Shown: positions 30,935 through 49,032, counted from the first letter of the stretch. The stretch is 64,000 nt of DNA from the human T2T-CHM13v2.0 reference genome, Homo sapiens (GCF_009914755.1 NC_060938.1), one strand, 5' to 3'. Notes: generated by a model not told the origin, from the sequence alone. Numbers and translations are program-made.

Positions 30935-33579
30935 TATATGAAAATTCTTTGTAAACACATCATTTTCAATTTTGTGTAAACACACAATTTTTATGTCCCA
31001 ATAAAAATTAACAGCATAAGGAGATTGGGCACTTATATCCAATGTTGGCGAGACTACTGCCAACCAGAAGGTCTTTGAAAGACTATTTAGAAATTTCCAC
31101 TAAAATATAAAGTGCTTATGCCTTTTGAGCTACTACTTGCACTTTAAGAATGTATACTTCTGAAGCATTCTTAGAATTGCACAAATATATACATATGGAA
31201 TACTTATTGAAGTACAGTTGAAAAATTGGAAAAAATTAACAAGCAGATAAATAATTTGATACACTATAGTATGTCATACAATGAAATATTTTATATCCAA
31301 TATGTATCTGTAATGTGAAAAATTACATATCCATTAAAACTGTGGTTAATCTGTACATAGTGACATAAACTGATGTCCAGGACCTGTTAGAGGTCTCCCA
31401 AGTAGCTGGGACCACAGGCATGAGCTACTGCACCCAGCCAATTAGTTCTATTTTTGTTGGTGTCACCTCTCCTACATTATCATTCAGAAAGCTAGTAGGT
31501 GGCCGTGTTTGGAAAAATAATGGTTTTGAAATATTAACAGTTTTCTCCTTGTTTTTTCTTTAATTTTTTATCCTTTCCTCTGTTTCAGCAGCTAGATGAT
31601 TCTGTTCTCATTTTTGCAGGTAAAAAACATGACAGCAGATGGGCAGGAAGCAGAGGAGAGGTCTTTTCCTGGGTTTCAAAGGTTATACCCTGAGGCAACA
31701 GAAAGGGCCAATGTCCCCTACTCAGCTTCTCCTGCCAGACTAGAAGTCAGAGGAAAAATGATGAAAGAGAGAAGTCTGTGGTGACTAGAACTGAGGATGC
31801 AGCATGGTTGGTGTTGACTGATGGCCTGTGAGTAATTTGAATCCCCATATCTCAGGGCAAAGCTGACAACTTGCTCCTCAGTCCTGGTGCAAATCTCTTT
31901 TGACAGCAGCTACCACATCATCCCTAGAATGCCCAGGTAAGAGATGCCTGCATCTGTGTAACATTCCCAGCAATGACACAAGAGACTTGTGAACCCCAGA
32001 GAAGGTTGAGGATCTGCATCACTAGCACTTGGTGGTGTTGAATAAAACTAGCTTGAGCTTCTTTATGACTAGGGTTAGCAGCAAATTACAGTTCTCTTAT
32101 AGGGGCAAATGCTTGCGGACAAATTGGATTGTTGTGAAGGCTGTTCATTAAGATTGTTGAATCAATGAGATAGGGAATAAAAATGATAGAAAATTCATAT
32201 AATGGCCCAGTGGAAGGAACACAGAGCATAAATCAGGTAAGTCAGTTACTATGCCTAACTTCTCATCTGTAAAATCTGACAACAAGAGCTTTATACCCCT
32301 TAGAATGGTAGTTTGGTGATGATATACCTAAAAGTATATTGAAAATTTAACAGCAATACAATACTAAGTATCACTTTAGACAGAGATCAAATATGTGTCC
32401 TGTTTACCTATTCTTAATTCAACAAACATAAATAGAGTATAGCCACCAAGTTTGAGCAGAATATCAAAAGCATATTTTCACAAGGAAGCCCATTATTACT
32501 ATTGTAGCATGAGAGAAATTATATCGTTTGCCTCTCCAAGTGATTATGCCTGAGAAAGGTCACTTGAATGCTACATATTCATTCTAAATACTTCTCTGCT
32601 GTTTAATTTGCAATTCAAACCTAGTGCCTACTTGTAAACACTGATTAAGCCCCTGTGAGTACCACAGCAAGCTTGTCACTTACAAAGCAAGTTATGAGAC
32701 CTTGTTCTGTCACCCAAGAGCATTCAATATGACCATGACTGAGTGCAGATTTTAACAGTAGAGGATGTCTACAAGTCTAAACTTGAATAATATTATGATG
32801 CCTCATGGAAGAGTAGACTATACATTTTTAGAAGCAATGGTTCTCATTGAAAAAGAAAGTAGGGAGGAGAGAAATTGCCTTACACAATGATTCCAATAAA
32901 TAAACATTGAAGGAATAAGTAAAATAGAAAATCATCATTAGGCAAATATAATTGCTGCAGGCAAGGCCCAGATGGATGTTAAAATTAATGAGTGTTTGAG
33001 GTGAAACCAGATGTATGCATGATCTTAAAAGGTAAGTTGGGTGAAGTGTGTATGGGGATTCTCTGAACCCTTTTCTTGCAACTTTTATGTAAGTCTGAAG
33101 TCATTTCAAAATTTTAAAAACCCAAAAATATGGATGAAATTTGTTTGTTAAGTTTCCTTATCTAAAACATTTATTCGGTTTTAAAATTCTACTCTTACAC
33201 TTATGCTTCATTCCTAATGTACAGTAGCATTCGACTTCCTTATAAAAATCTTCCAAATAAAAATCTTCCAAAATTATTTCTATCTTTGCTTTCAAGTTTT
33301 CCTCAAGTGCCTTCTAGAACTGTAGAGGACTGTAAGCATTCAGCCAAGAGGTATGTCTTAAGTGACTACCATTTTTATAGAAATATGCTAACAATTGCAA
33401 GGGACCAAAAAAACATGCAGGATCCAGTCCCTCCCTTGGGAAGATAAATATGTTGGGAAGACAAGAGGTACACAGATAAATGAATGAAATAGTGTCTTGT
33501 AAAATTATGTGATGCCATGCTTTATTTTCATAGTATTGGTTATAAGAATTAATGGAGACAGAGAAAAGTGAAACATGAG

Positions 33580-34005
33580 TGCTATAGTTTAGATATTTGA
33601 CCCTCCAAACCTCATATTGAAATTTGATCCCCAATGTTGAAGGCAGGGCCTAGTGGAAGGTGTTTGGGTTGTGGGAGTGGATTGCTCATGAATGGCTTGG
33701 TGCCATCCTCATGGTAATAGTGAGTTCTCACTTTATTAATTCCTGGGAGAATTTCCTGAGAGCTGGTTGTTAAAAAGACCCTGGCCCCTTCCCTCTCTTT
33801 TGTCTTCTCTCTCATCATGGGACCACTGTACACTCTGGCTCCCCTTCATCTTCCATAATGAGTGGAAGCAGCGGAGGCCCTCACCAGAAGCAGATGCTGG
33901 TGCCATGCTTGTTGTACTGCCTGCAGAACTGTGAGCCAAATGAACCTCTTTATCAATTATCCAGCCTCAGGTATTCCTTTATAGCAAAACAAATGGACCA
34001 AGACA
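33580..34005 (+). mobile_element. MSTB-like MaLR solo LTR
   Basis: TGCTATAGTTT...CCAAGACA with perfect TSD ATGAG (33575-33579, 34006-34010). Confidence 0.92.
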
Positions 34006-37000
34006 ATGAGTAAATAAGAGTAAGCTGGACCTAAAAACATATGTAGGTCTTAGATGGTGAGTGGATGCCGGGAGAATCTGTACAGGCTTTATGGGGAATT
34101 AGAGAGGGACGGGAAGCAGTTGTGAGATGCATCTGAGTGGGGTGGAAAGCTTGAGGAGATGAGGAGAATGGGCCCATATAGAGTTGGCCTGGATCACAGA
34201 AGGCTGCAAAAGCCAGACTGAAGAGCCCAAATTTGGTCCAAGTGAAAACAGAGGCTATTTTAAAGGCTGTTAGGGGCAAGTTACTTCTCTGGCACCAATA
34301 TAAACATGCACAATATATCTCAAGCCAAAACCAGCTTCATTTTTGAAAATTTAATGATGGACCTTTCCAAGACCTTTTCTGAAATGTAAATCAGATTGTC
34401 TTCAACTTCTCCACTCCACCCCACCCTCTTTTTGCGTAACATACACTACAAGTCGCCTTTTACTCACAAGATAAAGACCAAAGGCATTAACAGCCTCAGG
34501 ATCCTTCAAGGTTGGATGCTTCCCCATTTATCTGTCCTTCTCTGTACCCTATTCCCCTCAAGGCCTGCCTTCTTTTGTTACTTTCAGCATTCTCTTCTCT
34601 TACCAGGTGTTAGCAAATAATTTTCTCTCTGAATTAAAATTTCTCCTTATCTTTTGACTTGTATACTCCTTTTCATCCCTCTGATGTCAGCTCTCTCCCC
34701 CAATTACCATCTCCAGTGGGGAATTTTTGCTCCCTTCTCTGACCGGATCTACTGACAGCACCAAGAACATCATCTTGTAAAACTTTCCATATACATCATT
34801 GAAGATTATTTGAATTAATTATGTGATTATTTGATTAAGACCTTTTCCCTTTATTAGACTGTAGACTTCTGAGGGCAGATAGTTTATTTGTGTTTCCCAT
34901 TTTTATCTCAATCCCTAGCATATGGTAGATACTCAATAAGGATTTATTGAATAAATTAAAAAATGAAACATTCATTTTCTCCACTCCCAAGACACTATCC
35001 TGTCCCAATGACATGATCTTCTAAATCATAAGAAAAATGTCCTATCTAAACAACAGTATATATAACCTAGTATTTTGTAACTTTTGGAATGTAAGCTGTA
35101 ACAGTAGTATTCAATTTAAGTTTTAAAAGTTTGCTATTTTACTAATGAATCAATTCATTTCGACTTTCTGAATTTTTAAAAACAAAAATAGTATCTAGAA
35201 GATATTTGATAGATGGAATCTGTTAGCATTTGGGGCAATTAAACTGGGTTTCTAAAAAGTGGATCTGATGATTACATCAAACTAAATTAGTAGAGCTTAA
35301 ATAGCACAGGGTGATCAATAGATCAATATCTATGTGCAGGGCACTTTACTTGGCACTTTGACTTATTCTAAGCTAAATAATAGATGGTTCCTGTCTGGCT
35401 TATAATCAAGTAGGGGATGTAGATGTACACAGAACTATGTGTATTCTATGGTAGACTATGAATGCTCTAAGTATTACAGAAATATGAAAGGGGGAGGATT
35501 TATTTTAACTAAAAGAATCTGGCAAAGTTACAGGAAAAAGTAATATTTGAGCCAGGAAAGAAGGAGGTGCTTTTGACAGCCAGACTTTGGGAGGACAAAA
35601 ATTCCAAGAAAATAACAACTAAAAACACAAAGCATGAAAAGGATAAAGTACCATGATAGAAATTCTAGAGGTGGAGCAGGGCTAGACCAAAGGGTGGGTA
35701 GTTGCAAGTATGCTGCGATAAGGAGGAATCTAAGAAAGTCAGGTTGGAACTGATAATAGGCCATGCTGCCTGCACATATTTGATGGGTAATGAACAGTTA
35801 CAAGCATGATGGACAGGGAAGCACTACAATCAAATGTGTGGAGATATGAGGGAACAGATTGCGAGGGTGCTCCAGGGATTAAAGTGGGTAGGATGATTAG
35901 AGGCAAGGGGAAGCAAATTTTGTGAAGGCTGAGGAATGCTAAGGAAGACCTGGGTCAGTAGCAGTGAAATGAGCAGCAGATGAATGAGAGAAGCATCCAG
36001 GAAGTGAACAGAATGTGATTTAATAAGCACTTAACATGAGGACTGAGGAATATAAAGCTGAAAAGTTTTCATTTCATAAATTAACTGAGCATGACTTAAC
36101 TGAGAGCAAAAATAGGAACAGGTTAGTAGCAATAACTCATTTCTCATTGTTTTAGACCTGCTGGTAATAGTAATATTGTTAATGTCATCCACATCTTTTG
36201 ATGATAAAGAATTACATCATTTGCATTTTACATGATCTAATTATACCATTTGCATTTTATATGATTTGATAAGTGTTGATACTTGCCAGCTGTTGAGACT
36301 TCTCTGATTTAAAATGGAGCAGAATTTATTGATATTTATTCTTTTGAGTGCCTCGTCTTCATCTCTTCATTTTTCTAGTTGTCTAATTTTATGTATAGGA
36401 AAACATGGTTATGATTTACATGTGGGTAATTCTTTCTTTCTGTTGACTGTGACTCTCTTGCTTCCATTACTCCCTAAGCAATTCACCTCAACACACACTG
36501 ACTAAATAAATATCTACCCTGTATCCTGGGAGTCTTAGATGATTAATGCACTATCTCCGTCCTCAAGGAACCAATACGGTTGTTGGTAGAACTTAAGCCC
36601 AATTAAATATAACATAATATGGAGAATGTCATGATAATATCAACAACAAAAGCTACCACTTAAATCTCCTGTTCATTCATTCTTTCCTTCCTTTAACAAA
36701 TACTTTGAGAGCCTCTGCTAGATCTTTGCCCAGACGCAGGATTTACAGTGGTGAACAAACCTCATCCATAAAGTGCCCTTTTGGAGCTTATGCTAGTGGA
36801 GGAATCTTACTCTAACCAAATAAAAAAACAAATAAATAGATGTAATTAATGTGTAAATACAATTAATATTATGAAACAATAATAATAACAATAGACATAT
36901 TTAGAGATTAGTATATTCTAAGTCAGGCATTCTGGTTCCAGAGCTGATCACTTGATAATTACATTATGTTACGATTTTAGAAAATGTATTTTCTAAGATG

Positions 37001-37385
37001 GGGGTATCTATATATATAGTGTAATATGCAAAGACTTGTCTAAAAAGATAATGTTTAGCCAAGACTAATGGACAAAAAGGCAAAATATACACAAAGATTC
37101 AGGAACTGAGTATTTCAGGCAGATTAAATAGCACATGTAAAGGTTCTAAGATAGAAAAGAACTTGGCATTTTCTAGAAATAATAAAACAGGTTAGTTTGA
37201 GCTGATCATAGTAAACTGTAAGAGAAAAGGATTTGGAAGATATTGGAGAAATAAACAGGAACCAAACCATTAGTCTTCTAATACTCAAAAAAAAATCTGA
37301 CTTTTATTTTAAAAGAAATAAGAAAGTATCAAGATTGTATAAACAGGAATAGTGATAATATCCTATTTACATTTAAAAAGTATCA

Positions 37386-37762
<377 letters not shown>

Positions 37763-39821
37763 GCTAGTAAGTAACACAATCAGAATTTAGTTTAAAAGCC
37801 CTGTGACTATAAACTCAAGACTTGTACTGCCACATTATGCTGTCCCCTGCATTGTAGTAGATTTTCAAACTTGCAGAGGGGACTGTCCTACCAGATAGCA
37901 GTGATTCATAAGTTGTATCTCTTCTTGTCCCCTCCCTGCCTCTGTGATTCCCACTTGACCCCCACTTGCTCTTTTGTTAGGTCATAGGACAGGAACATAG
38001 TCAAAGGTTTTCATAACAAAAGAAGAAATAAATGATGGATATTAATGTCATTTTTAGTTTATCTTTATGCTCCCTTGAACATGTAGCTTCCCATCTCTAG
38101 TACATTGGCTTATAGTAGTTGTTTTTAAACTATATAACTTAAAGTCATTTTTACTGTACATAATTAAGTACCTCATATGGGGTGGGGTGTTTGATCATAA
38201 TGCAATGCATGGGTGTCACCCCCAGAGATTCTAATTCATTATATCTGAATTGGGGCATTTTAAATAAGTACTTCAGGTAACTCTGAAGCAGATGATCTGA
38301 AGGCTGCAGTTTGCAAGACACTGGTTTACGATGGAGAGCTTTTAGATTCTATCCCAAGCATAGTATGATGACTTGGACATATCTATTCTATCAAAATCAT
38401 CAGCATTAGAAACCATCGATTGCATGTAACCTCAGAATTTAATAGCCTGTATATTTTTTGTAGACTTCTTTCTCCAATGCAATATAATACAATACACAGA
38501 TGATCAATTTGGTCTCTTTCTTAAGGCAAGAGACAAAAGAATTTACGTAAACAATTTCCTGACAGGTCATTCCCAATGTGGGCTAAATATATCATACAGA
38601 TTAATGGTAGAAGGGTTTTTTCAGCTGAGTAGAAACAGAATATTAATACAGTGTTACATATAAAACCCAAATAATTATTGCACAATAACTCTTTTGGAGG
38701 TTGTTTTATAATACGTAAACACTTACAAAAAGGAAATAATAAATGAAAGTGAAACCAAGTTCTTTACTCCGGTTCTTGCACAAAATAATTACTAGCCTTT
38801 GTAAGTGGTTATTTAAAAGGGAATAATAATAGCCAATAAGATAAGTCACAATTATAAATCATTTAAAAAATCAGCACCCTAATTATATTTTGGAATTATG
38901 TTCTAGAGAATACTCTTCAATGTAGTAATCACCCAGCTGGCTTCTTATAGCTGTGCCTTTTATAAGAGTTGAACATATTAGTGATTTTCCTGCCACATCA
39001 AGTCCCCATCTTGGTTAATACTATGCATAATCAGGCCCTAGGATATCTAGTTCTTCTAAAATGTATTGACTTTTTATTTTTTTGCATCTGCCTAAATTAT
39101 TCTGCATCTTGCATTCCCTGAATGAACCAAGTAATGTTCAAGACATGTGTTGTATTTGTTCAATCCAGTTCTAAATTTGTGTCAGCTCCAGTTGGCCTTT
39201 TGAAAAGGGCATTCCCCTCAAAATCCTAATAGTCTCAGATACAACAAGTATGTAATAACTGAAAGACATCTCAGTAATACTCTATAGAGGCAGGATTTTA
39301 TTAATCAAATTTCCATATGATTTCAATAATTATTCCTTTATCTCATAAAATAAGTATTTATTGATCCCCTAATAAGTGCCAGGCTTTGGGGCTGCAGAGG
39401 TAAAAAAGAAAATGTTGTGCTTCTGGAACTTGGAACTTAAACTCTAGAAAGTGAGACTTATACAGAAAAGCAAGTATAACATGATGGACAGATAAGTGCA
39501 ATGCAGAAAAATTAAGAAGAGTAAGGAAATAAAATGTGATAAAGAGTGGTCAGGGATGCCCTCTCTAAAGGTGACAACATATATGCAGACTCTTGAAGTA
39601 AGGGGTGACTTATTCAATTATCTAGGGGTAAAGGACTCCTGACAGAGGAAATAGCAAATTTAAAAGCACTGAATAGGAACAATCATTGGCATATTTGAGG
39701 ATCAGAAAGGAGAACAACAAGAAGGAAATTAATAGAAGATGGGATTGGAGAAACAGCAGGAAGAAGGTTACACAGGGCCTCAAACAGCGTTGGTGAGTAA
39801 GGACTCAGAGTAATATGAGAA

Positions 39822-40390
39822 TGTGGTAGATTAAAAATGGCCAATAATTATTTGTTACTCTTTCCATTGAAAGGTGGCATTTAATTCCCTTTTCTTGAAT
39901 TTGGCATGGCTGTGGTGACTTGTTTAGTCAATAAAATGTGCAAAAGTGATGTTCTGTGGTAATAACGGGTCATAAAAAGCCCTGCAGCTTCTGCCTAGAC
40001 ATGTTGGGATCTACCAACTGCCATGTAAAAAGTGAGTCTACCCTGAGACCACCATGCTATGAGGAAGTCAAAGATATTCATTTAGAGAGCTATATAGAAA
40101 GAGAAACAAAGGTGTCCAGCCAGCCCCAGCTGTTCCATCCATTCCAGCCTAATTGTCAGATATGAGTGAAGAAGTCACTCACGTGGACAATCCAGCATCA
40201 GCAGATATCATATAAAGGAAAGCTCAGACACTAGACATGTATGATCCTAGTAGGGCTATTCCAACTGCTGCTAGTCATTCAAATAACCTCTGCTGAGGCT
40301 CACTGGGGAGCAGAGATGGTTAATCTCCATTGTGCCTTTTATACTTTCTTGATCCACAAACTCATGAGAAGAGTAATGAGTTTGGGGTTT
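39822..40390 (+). mobile_element. MLT1G-like MaLR LTR inside an L2 fragment
   Basis: TGTGGTAGATTAAAAATGGCC start; ctaccctgagaccaccatgct and ccagccagccccagctgttcca motifs. Confidence 0.75.
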
Positions 40391-43300
40391 TTTTAAATTT
40401 ATATCTCTTTATTGAACTTCTCATTTCATTCATATGCTATTCCTTTGATTTTGTTGAGTTGTCTATTTGTGTTCTCTTATCATTTTCTGATATTTCTTAC
40501 CTCTGAGTATTGAGTGATCCATTATGCATCAATGGATAGCCTATAAGAAAAAAATTGAATAGCTGAGAGTAGAATTTAAACCTGAATTATGTTCTAAAAG
40601 GACCACTCTAGCTGCTGGGTTGGGCCTAGCTTTGTAACAGCGCAAGAATAAAGGCAGAATGATCAGTTAATTCAATTAAAAGTCCAGGCAAGAGTAAATA
40701 GTGGCTTGGATTAAAATAGTGGCATAAGAGGAAGTGAGAAATGGTTGAATTTGAGATATACTTTGAAGATAAATGATAACATTTGCTCAAAGTTACAGGT
40801 AATATTTTTATTTCAGTTTCAATTTTGAAAATATATCAATATGTCATATACTATACTCATGCAGAAATGCCTGGAACATATAAACAATGTGAAGACTCTT
40901 AAATAAATGAATGCATACTGAATCTTTCTTTGATTCAGAACCTGTGTTTATGTCTGGCTAGTCATTATGAGCATCAGATAAATATTGTATTTTCATTGTA
41001 GAAATTTGTATTGACTAAGGGCATGCCTAGAGCTTTTGGTATGCCTCTGTTTTTCCACAGAACTTATTTATTATTATTTTTAGCTCTTTTGCCAAATAAT
41101 TATGAAGAATATTCTATAGCTATGTTGCTAGCTGTGAGAAAAAGTTGGCATAGTCTCTTTTGATGAAAGATGGAATTTTCTTATTGAAGGTAGACTTTTA
41201 ACACATAATCACACAAATAACTAGGACAAATGCTACAGCCACAGCAAGGGCTGTAATAGAATTTGATTTAACAAGGATGAAAAAGGTTATCTTGAAGAAA
41301 TTGGGTTAGTTGAGAGTTAATGTAAAGAGAAGTGGAAGAGTACTCTAAGCAGACAAAAAAAGCAAGTGCAAATGCTCTGTAGTGTCTAGAATATGATATA
41401 CTAGTGAAACTCAAAGAAGACCTCTTCCTTCCCACTGTGCAATTTGTTTTCCGTACTGGAACTAGAATGATCTTTTACAAATCTGAACCTGCAAGCTCTC
41501 TCTTGCTTCTAAAAATCCTAGGATGGCTTATCTTCTCAAAGTGTAACACAGATAGTGATTCCATTTACTGTGCAGAAGCACTGGAGAAGATAAGGCTTGG
41601 GAAGAAAAAAAATGAATTAGGTTTTGGACATACTTTGTTTAATGTGCCTTTGAGACATGCTAATGGAGATGCCAAGAAGTGAATTAGATATATTGCTAGG
41701 GAAGTCTGGCTGCAGATGAGTAAGTTATCATTCTATAGGAGGTATTCAAAGCCATGGCATGAATGAGAGCGCTCAAGGACTGATTAAAAATCAGAAGAGA
41801 AAGATAATGAAGTTTAGCCCTTTAGAAACCTCAGGGGAGAAGAATATACATTTATAAAGGAGACAAAGAAGGAGTAGCTGGAGAGATGAGGAAAACCTGG
41901 GGACTATGGTGCCATAAAAGCCATGAGGAGGAGTGATGTCAGTAAGATGGTGATCATCATTCTGTAGAAACATCAATCTTGATGAATACTCGTGAATGAA
42001 AGTACATTTTTGGGACAGTGATAATCCATTGGAGAAGTTCTAGCACACCATTGGAACAAAAAAATTTCAGAATAGATGCATTGAAGAAAGCAAGAAGAAC
42101 AGTTTTATTTTATTTATGTCAACTCTCCTTGAAAGTAGTACAGCTCTGTGCCAAGAGAGAACCCCTTTGCCTGCAGTTTCTCCCATGGGAGAAGGTGAGA
42201 GTGCAATACATGAGGAACCTGCTCCTCCAAACATGTGAATACTGCCCAAAAGGACTAATTCTTTTTTACCTCACCCAGAAAATGGAGATGATTGGCATAG
42301 CTGAGTTGTTGGGAGAGACTAGGATCAGGGAAGAGAGGCCCTAATATCTTCTCCACATACTCCATCATCAAGGAGCCCACCTATAAGTCACTTGGGGTGT
42401 CTCACCTATGGATATTCCTAATTGACCCAAGGGCACTCCAAATGCTATGTGTGCCTCATGCCCCCCTCCACCAAGTGAACTCCCCAATGCTTCCCCATGG
42501 ACAGCGAGTGAAAGCATGCCTCATAAATAGCCAGTTCTACTCTGTGGGACTGAAAGAAAAAACACAAACCTGAGAACTTTGAGGCTCTTTCCAAGGGAAA
42601 ACAAATGTGAGGCTCTGAGCATCTGGCTTGGCTTTGTGAGATTGAGAAAATACATCAAATCTTAAAAATTTAATCACCATCGTAAGAGGAAACAAAGGTA
42701 TAAATCAAGTGCATACATAGAAAATGTCTGAGAGGGTCTCAAAATCCCTAGTCAAGCTGATTGGTGAGGATGTTTCTTTCTTGAAGTCAGTCAGTAAAGT
42801 CAGCAATGCAAGATGTCAAGAAACAGACAGAAACGATCAAAGAAACATAACACCATCAAAAGAACAGTATAGTAGTCTAGTAACCAACTGTGAAGGAAGT
42901 GGAAATCAACAAATTGCCTGACAAAGAGTTCAAAATAATTATTTTAAAGAAACTCAGCAAATGATAAGAGAACACAAATAGACAACTCAACAAAATCAAA
43001 AGAATGGCATATGAATGAAATGAGAAGTTCAATAGAGGGATATAAATTTTAAAAAACCCAAACAGAAATTCGAATCTAGAGAATACAATTAATGAAATGA
43101 AAAAATGAAATAGAAAGCATCAATAGCAGGCCTGTTCAAGCAGAAGAAAGAATCTGTAAACCTGAAGATAAGTCTTTGAAAATACACAGTCAGAGAAGAA
43201 AAAAGAAAAAAAGAATGAAAAGAAATGAATAAAGTCTATGAAATTTATGGGACAGAATCAGATGCATTATAAATGTTTCAAAAGGAGCAGAATGAGAGCT

Positions 43301-43605
43301 AAAGGGAAAGAAAGATTATTTAAAGTAAAAACAGTTAAAAATGTCCCAAATCTGGGGACAGATGAAACCAGTTACCAGACACTCAAAGGTCTCAAATCAG
43401 GTTCAAACCAAAGAAGAATTAATGAACACATATTGTAATCAAATTGTCAAGAATCAAAGAATTTTGACAGAAGCAATATAAAAGAGGCTTACCACATACA
43501 AAGGAACCTAAATAAGACTATCAGTCGATTTCTCAGCAGAAACCATGCAGGCCAAGTGAGAGCAAGACAGTATTTTCAAAGTGCTGAAAGAAAAAAAAAC
43601 TGTCA

Positions 43606-45943
<2,338 letters not shown>

Positions 45944-47462
45944 AAAAAAGAATTAGGGAGAGATACTTTCTCAGATAAACAAAAACTGATAGGATTCATC
46001 ACTAAAACTGCCTTACAAGAAATGCTAGAGTGTTCTTTAAGATCATATGAAATGATGCTAATTAGTAACATTAAAACATACAAAAGTAAAAAACTTGCTG
46101 ATAAAGGTTAAGTGTGTGTGTGTGTATGCATATGTGTGTGTTCCTTTTAAAGTATTCCCCTTTAAAGGAACACTTCCAAACTCATTTTACAATGTCAGTA
46201 TTACCCTGACACCAAAACCAGACAAGTACACTACAATTTTAAAAAGCCAACAATGAACATAAATGCCATAGTCCTCAACAAACTTTAGCAAACAGATTCA
46301 ACAGCACATTAAATGGTCATTCATTATGATTAAGTGGGATTAATCTCTGAGATGCAAGTATAATGGTTCAACATGTGCAAATCAATCAATCAATATGATA
46401 TAACACATTAACAGAATGAAGGATAAAAGTCATATGCTCATTTCAATAGATGCAGCAAAAGCATTTGACAAAACTTAACTATCTTTCATGATAATACCTC
46501 AAAATATCAGGTATAGAAGGAATTCACTTCAACATAATAAAGACCATTCATATAAAACCAACCACAGCTAACATAATACTGAATGGTGAAAATCTGAAAG
46601 CTTTTCCTTAAAAAATAAAAATATGACAATGTTGCACACTCTGGCTGTGTCTGTGCAACACAGTACTGAAAGTCCTAACTGTAGCAATTAGGCAAGAAAA
46701 AAAAATTAAAAGCATCCAAATTGGAAAAGAAGAAGTTAAATACTCCCTGTTTGAAAATGACATGATCTTATATATAGAAAAGTCTAAAGACTCTACCAAA
46801 AAACTGTTAGAACTATAAACAAATTCAGTAAAGTTGAGAAACCCAAAACCAACATGCAAAAACCAGTTGCATTTCTAGACACTGGAAAGGAGCTATCTGA
46901 AAAAGAAGTAAGAAAACAATATCATTTGTAATAGCATCAAAAAGAATAAAATAATTGAGTAAAATTAACCAAGGAGGAAAAACATCTGTATACTGAAAAT
47001 TATTAAACACCAATAAAAGAAATTGAAGACAGAAATAAACAGAAAGATATCTTATCAATAGTATCAAAAATGGGATGCATACTATCCAAAGCAATCTACA
47101 GAGTCAATGCAATCCCTATTAAAATTCCAATCACAGATTTTTCATAGAAGTAGAAAAAACAATCCTAGAATTTGTATGGAATCCCAAAAGATCCTGAATA
47201 GCTGAAACAATCTGGAGCAAGAAGAACAAAGCTGGAAGTATCACACCTCCTGATTTCAAATTCTATTACAAAGCTATAATAATTGAAACATTATGGTACA
47301 AATAGACACATAGACCAATGGAACACAATAAGAAGTCCAGAAATAAACTTACACATATATGGTAAACTAATCTTTGACAAATGAACCAAGAAAACATAAT
47401 GATGAAAGGATAATCTTTTCAATAAACTGTGTTGGGAAAACTGAATATTCACATGCCAAAAA

Positions 47463-47602
47463 ATGAGGGCACCAATCCCATTCACAAAGGCTGCACTCTC
47501 ATGATCTAATAACCTCCCAGAGGTCCCACCTAATATCATCACTTTGAGAGTTAGAATTTCAACACATGAATTTTGAAGGGATGCAAACATTCACATCATA
47601 GA
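47463..47602 (-). mobile_element. Partial MLT1A/MST-type LTR
   Basis: gggcaccaatcccattcac...tttcaacacatgaattttgaagggatgcaaacattc. Confidence 0.7.
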
Positions 47603-47604
47603 AA

Positions 47605-48545
47605 TTACATACCTTTTAGAAGTACTAAAATGGAAAAAACAGCAATAACACCAAATGCTGATAAGGATGAAGAAAAACTGGGTTACTCACATATGTGGTG
47701 GAAATGCAAAATGGTACAGCCAGTCTGGAAAATAGTTTAGCAATTTCTTTGAAACATGCAACTATCTTAAAACCTTGAAATTGTTCTTCTGGCCATTTAT
47801 CTCATATAAACAACTTATGTTCATACAAAAACCTGTACATGAAGTTTTATAGCAGCTTTATTTGAATTATTCCCAAACTGGAAACAACCCAGGTGCCCTT
47901 CGATGAGTGAATGATCAAACTGTGGTACATCTGAATCACGAGAATGCCGTTCATCAGTAAAAAGGAATGAACTATTTATACATGCAACAACTCAGATAAC
48001 TATTCAGAGAATTTTACTTAATCAAAATAGCCAGTCCTGCTGGGCATAATGACTCATGCCTATAATCCCAGCAGCTTGGAAGGCTGAGGTGGTAGGATTG
48101 CTTCAGCCCAAGAGTTCAAGGCTGCCATGAACTGTGGTCATTCCACCGTACTCCAGCCTGGGCAACAGAGTGAGACCCTGTCTCTAAAAATAAATAAATA
48201 AATAAATAAAGAATAGCCAGTTATAAATATACTGTATGATTCTATTTATATAACAGTCTTGAAATGAAAAAATTATAGACATGGAGAACAGTTTAGTGGT
48301 TTAGAGAGGTTAAGGAGGGCGTGAGAGCAAGAAGGAAGTAGGTGTATGAAGGATCATTGTAATGATGGGAAATGTTCTGCATCTTGACTGTATCAATGTC
48401 AACATCCTTTTTGTGATATTGCATTATAGTTTCCCAAGATTGTATCATTGGGAAAACTAGGTACAAGGTCAACAATATCTCTGTATTATTTCTTACAACT
48501 GCATGTGAATCCACAATTAACTCAAAATAAAAGTTTAATTTAAAT
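47605..48545 (+). mobile_element. L1MC-like 3' end interrupted by an Alu monomer (FRAM-like, ~48038-48210)
   Basis: L1MC 3'UTR motifs ending tcttacaactgcatgtgaatccacaatt; monomer TSD AATAGCCAGT. Confidence 0.8.
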
Positions 48546-49032
48546 AAACATGTTTAAGACATTGAGACATGTATAAATATGTCCATGAAAGAGAAACATA
48601 GATAAAATGTTATAGTTTAGAGAGGAATAATGTATTTATATGTGAGGAAACTGAGAACTATTTTATACAACAGATGAGTTGGATTTGGACGTTCAAATCT
48701 AGAGTGTTCAAGCAGAGAAAACCATGTAAGATATCCTTCTAGAAAATGCATGACATATTTGGAAGCCAAGTTCAATTTCACTGGAGTCCCATGCTCTTGT
48801 AGGACAGTAGTGAAATAAGATTGAACAGGTTGTAGAGAGACTGTGGAGAGCTTTAAATACTATTCTGAGGAATTTTTAGTTGTGCATGTAGGCAGATCTA
48901 CTAAGGGGTTTGCGATGGGGTAGAGTATGGCTAGCACTTTGGGCATCTGAATGTTGAAAATGGTTGTGGGGAGGTAAAGATATCAGAGAGGATGGAAATG
49001 ATGGAAAACCACTTAAGAAAGGATGGCAATCA

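Noticed and set aside
31393-31439. 47-bp Alu-like remnant
   Set aside because: Too short to classify; likely a deletion remnant.
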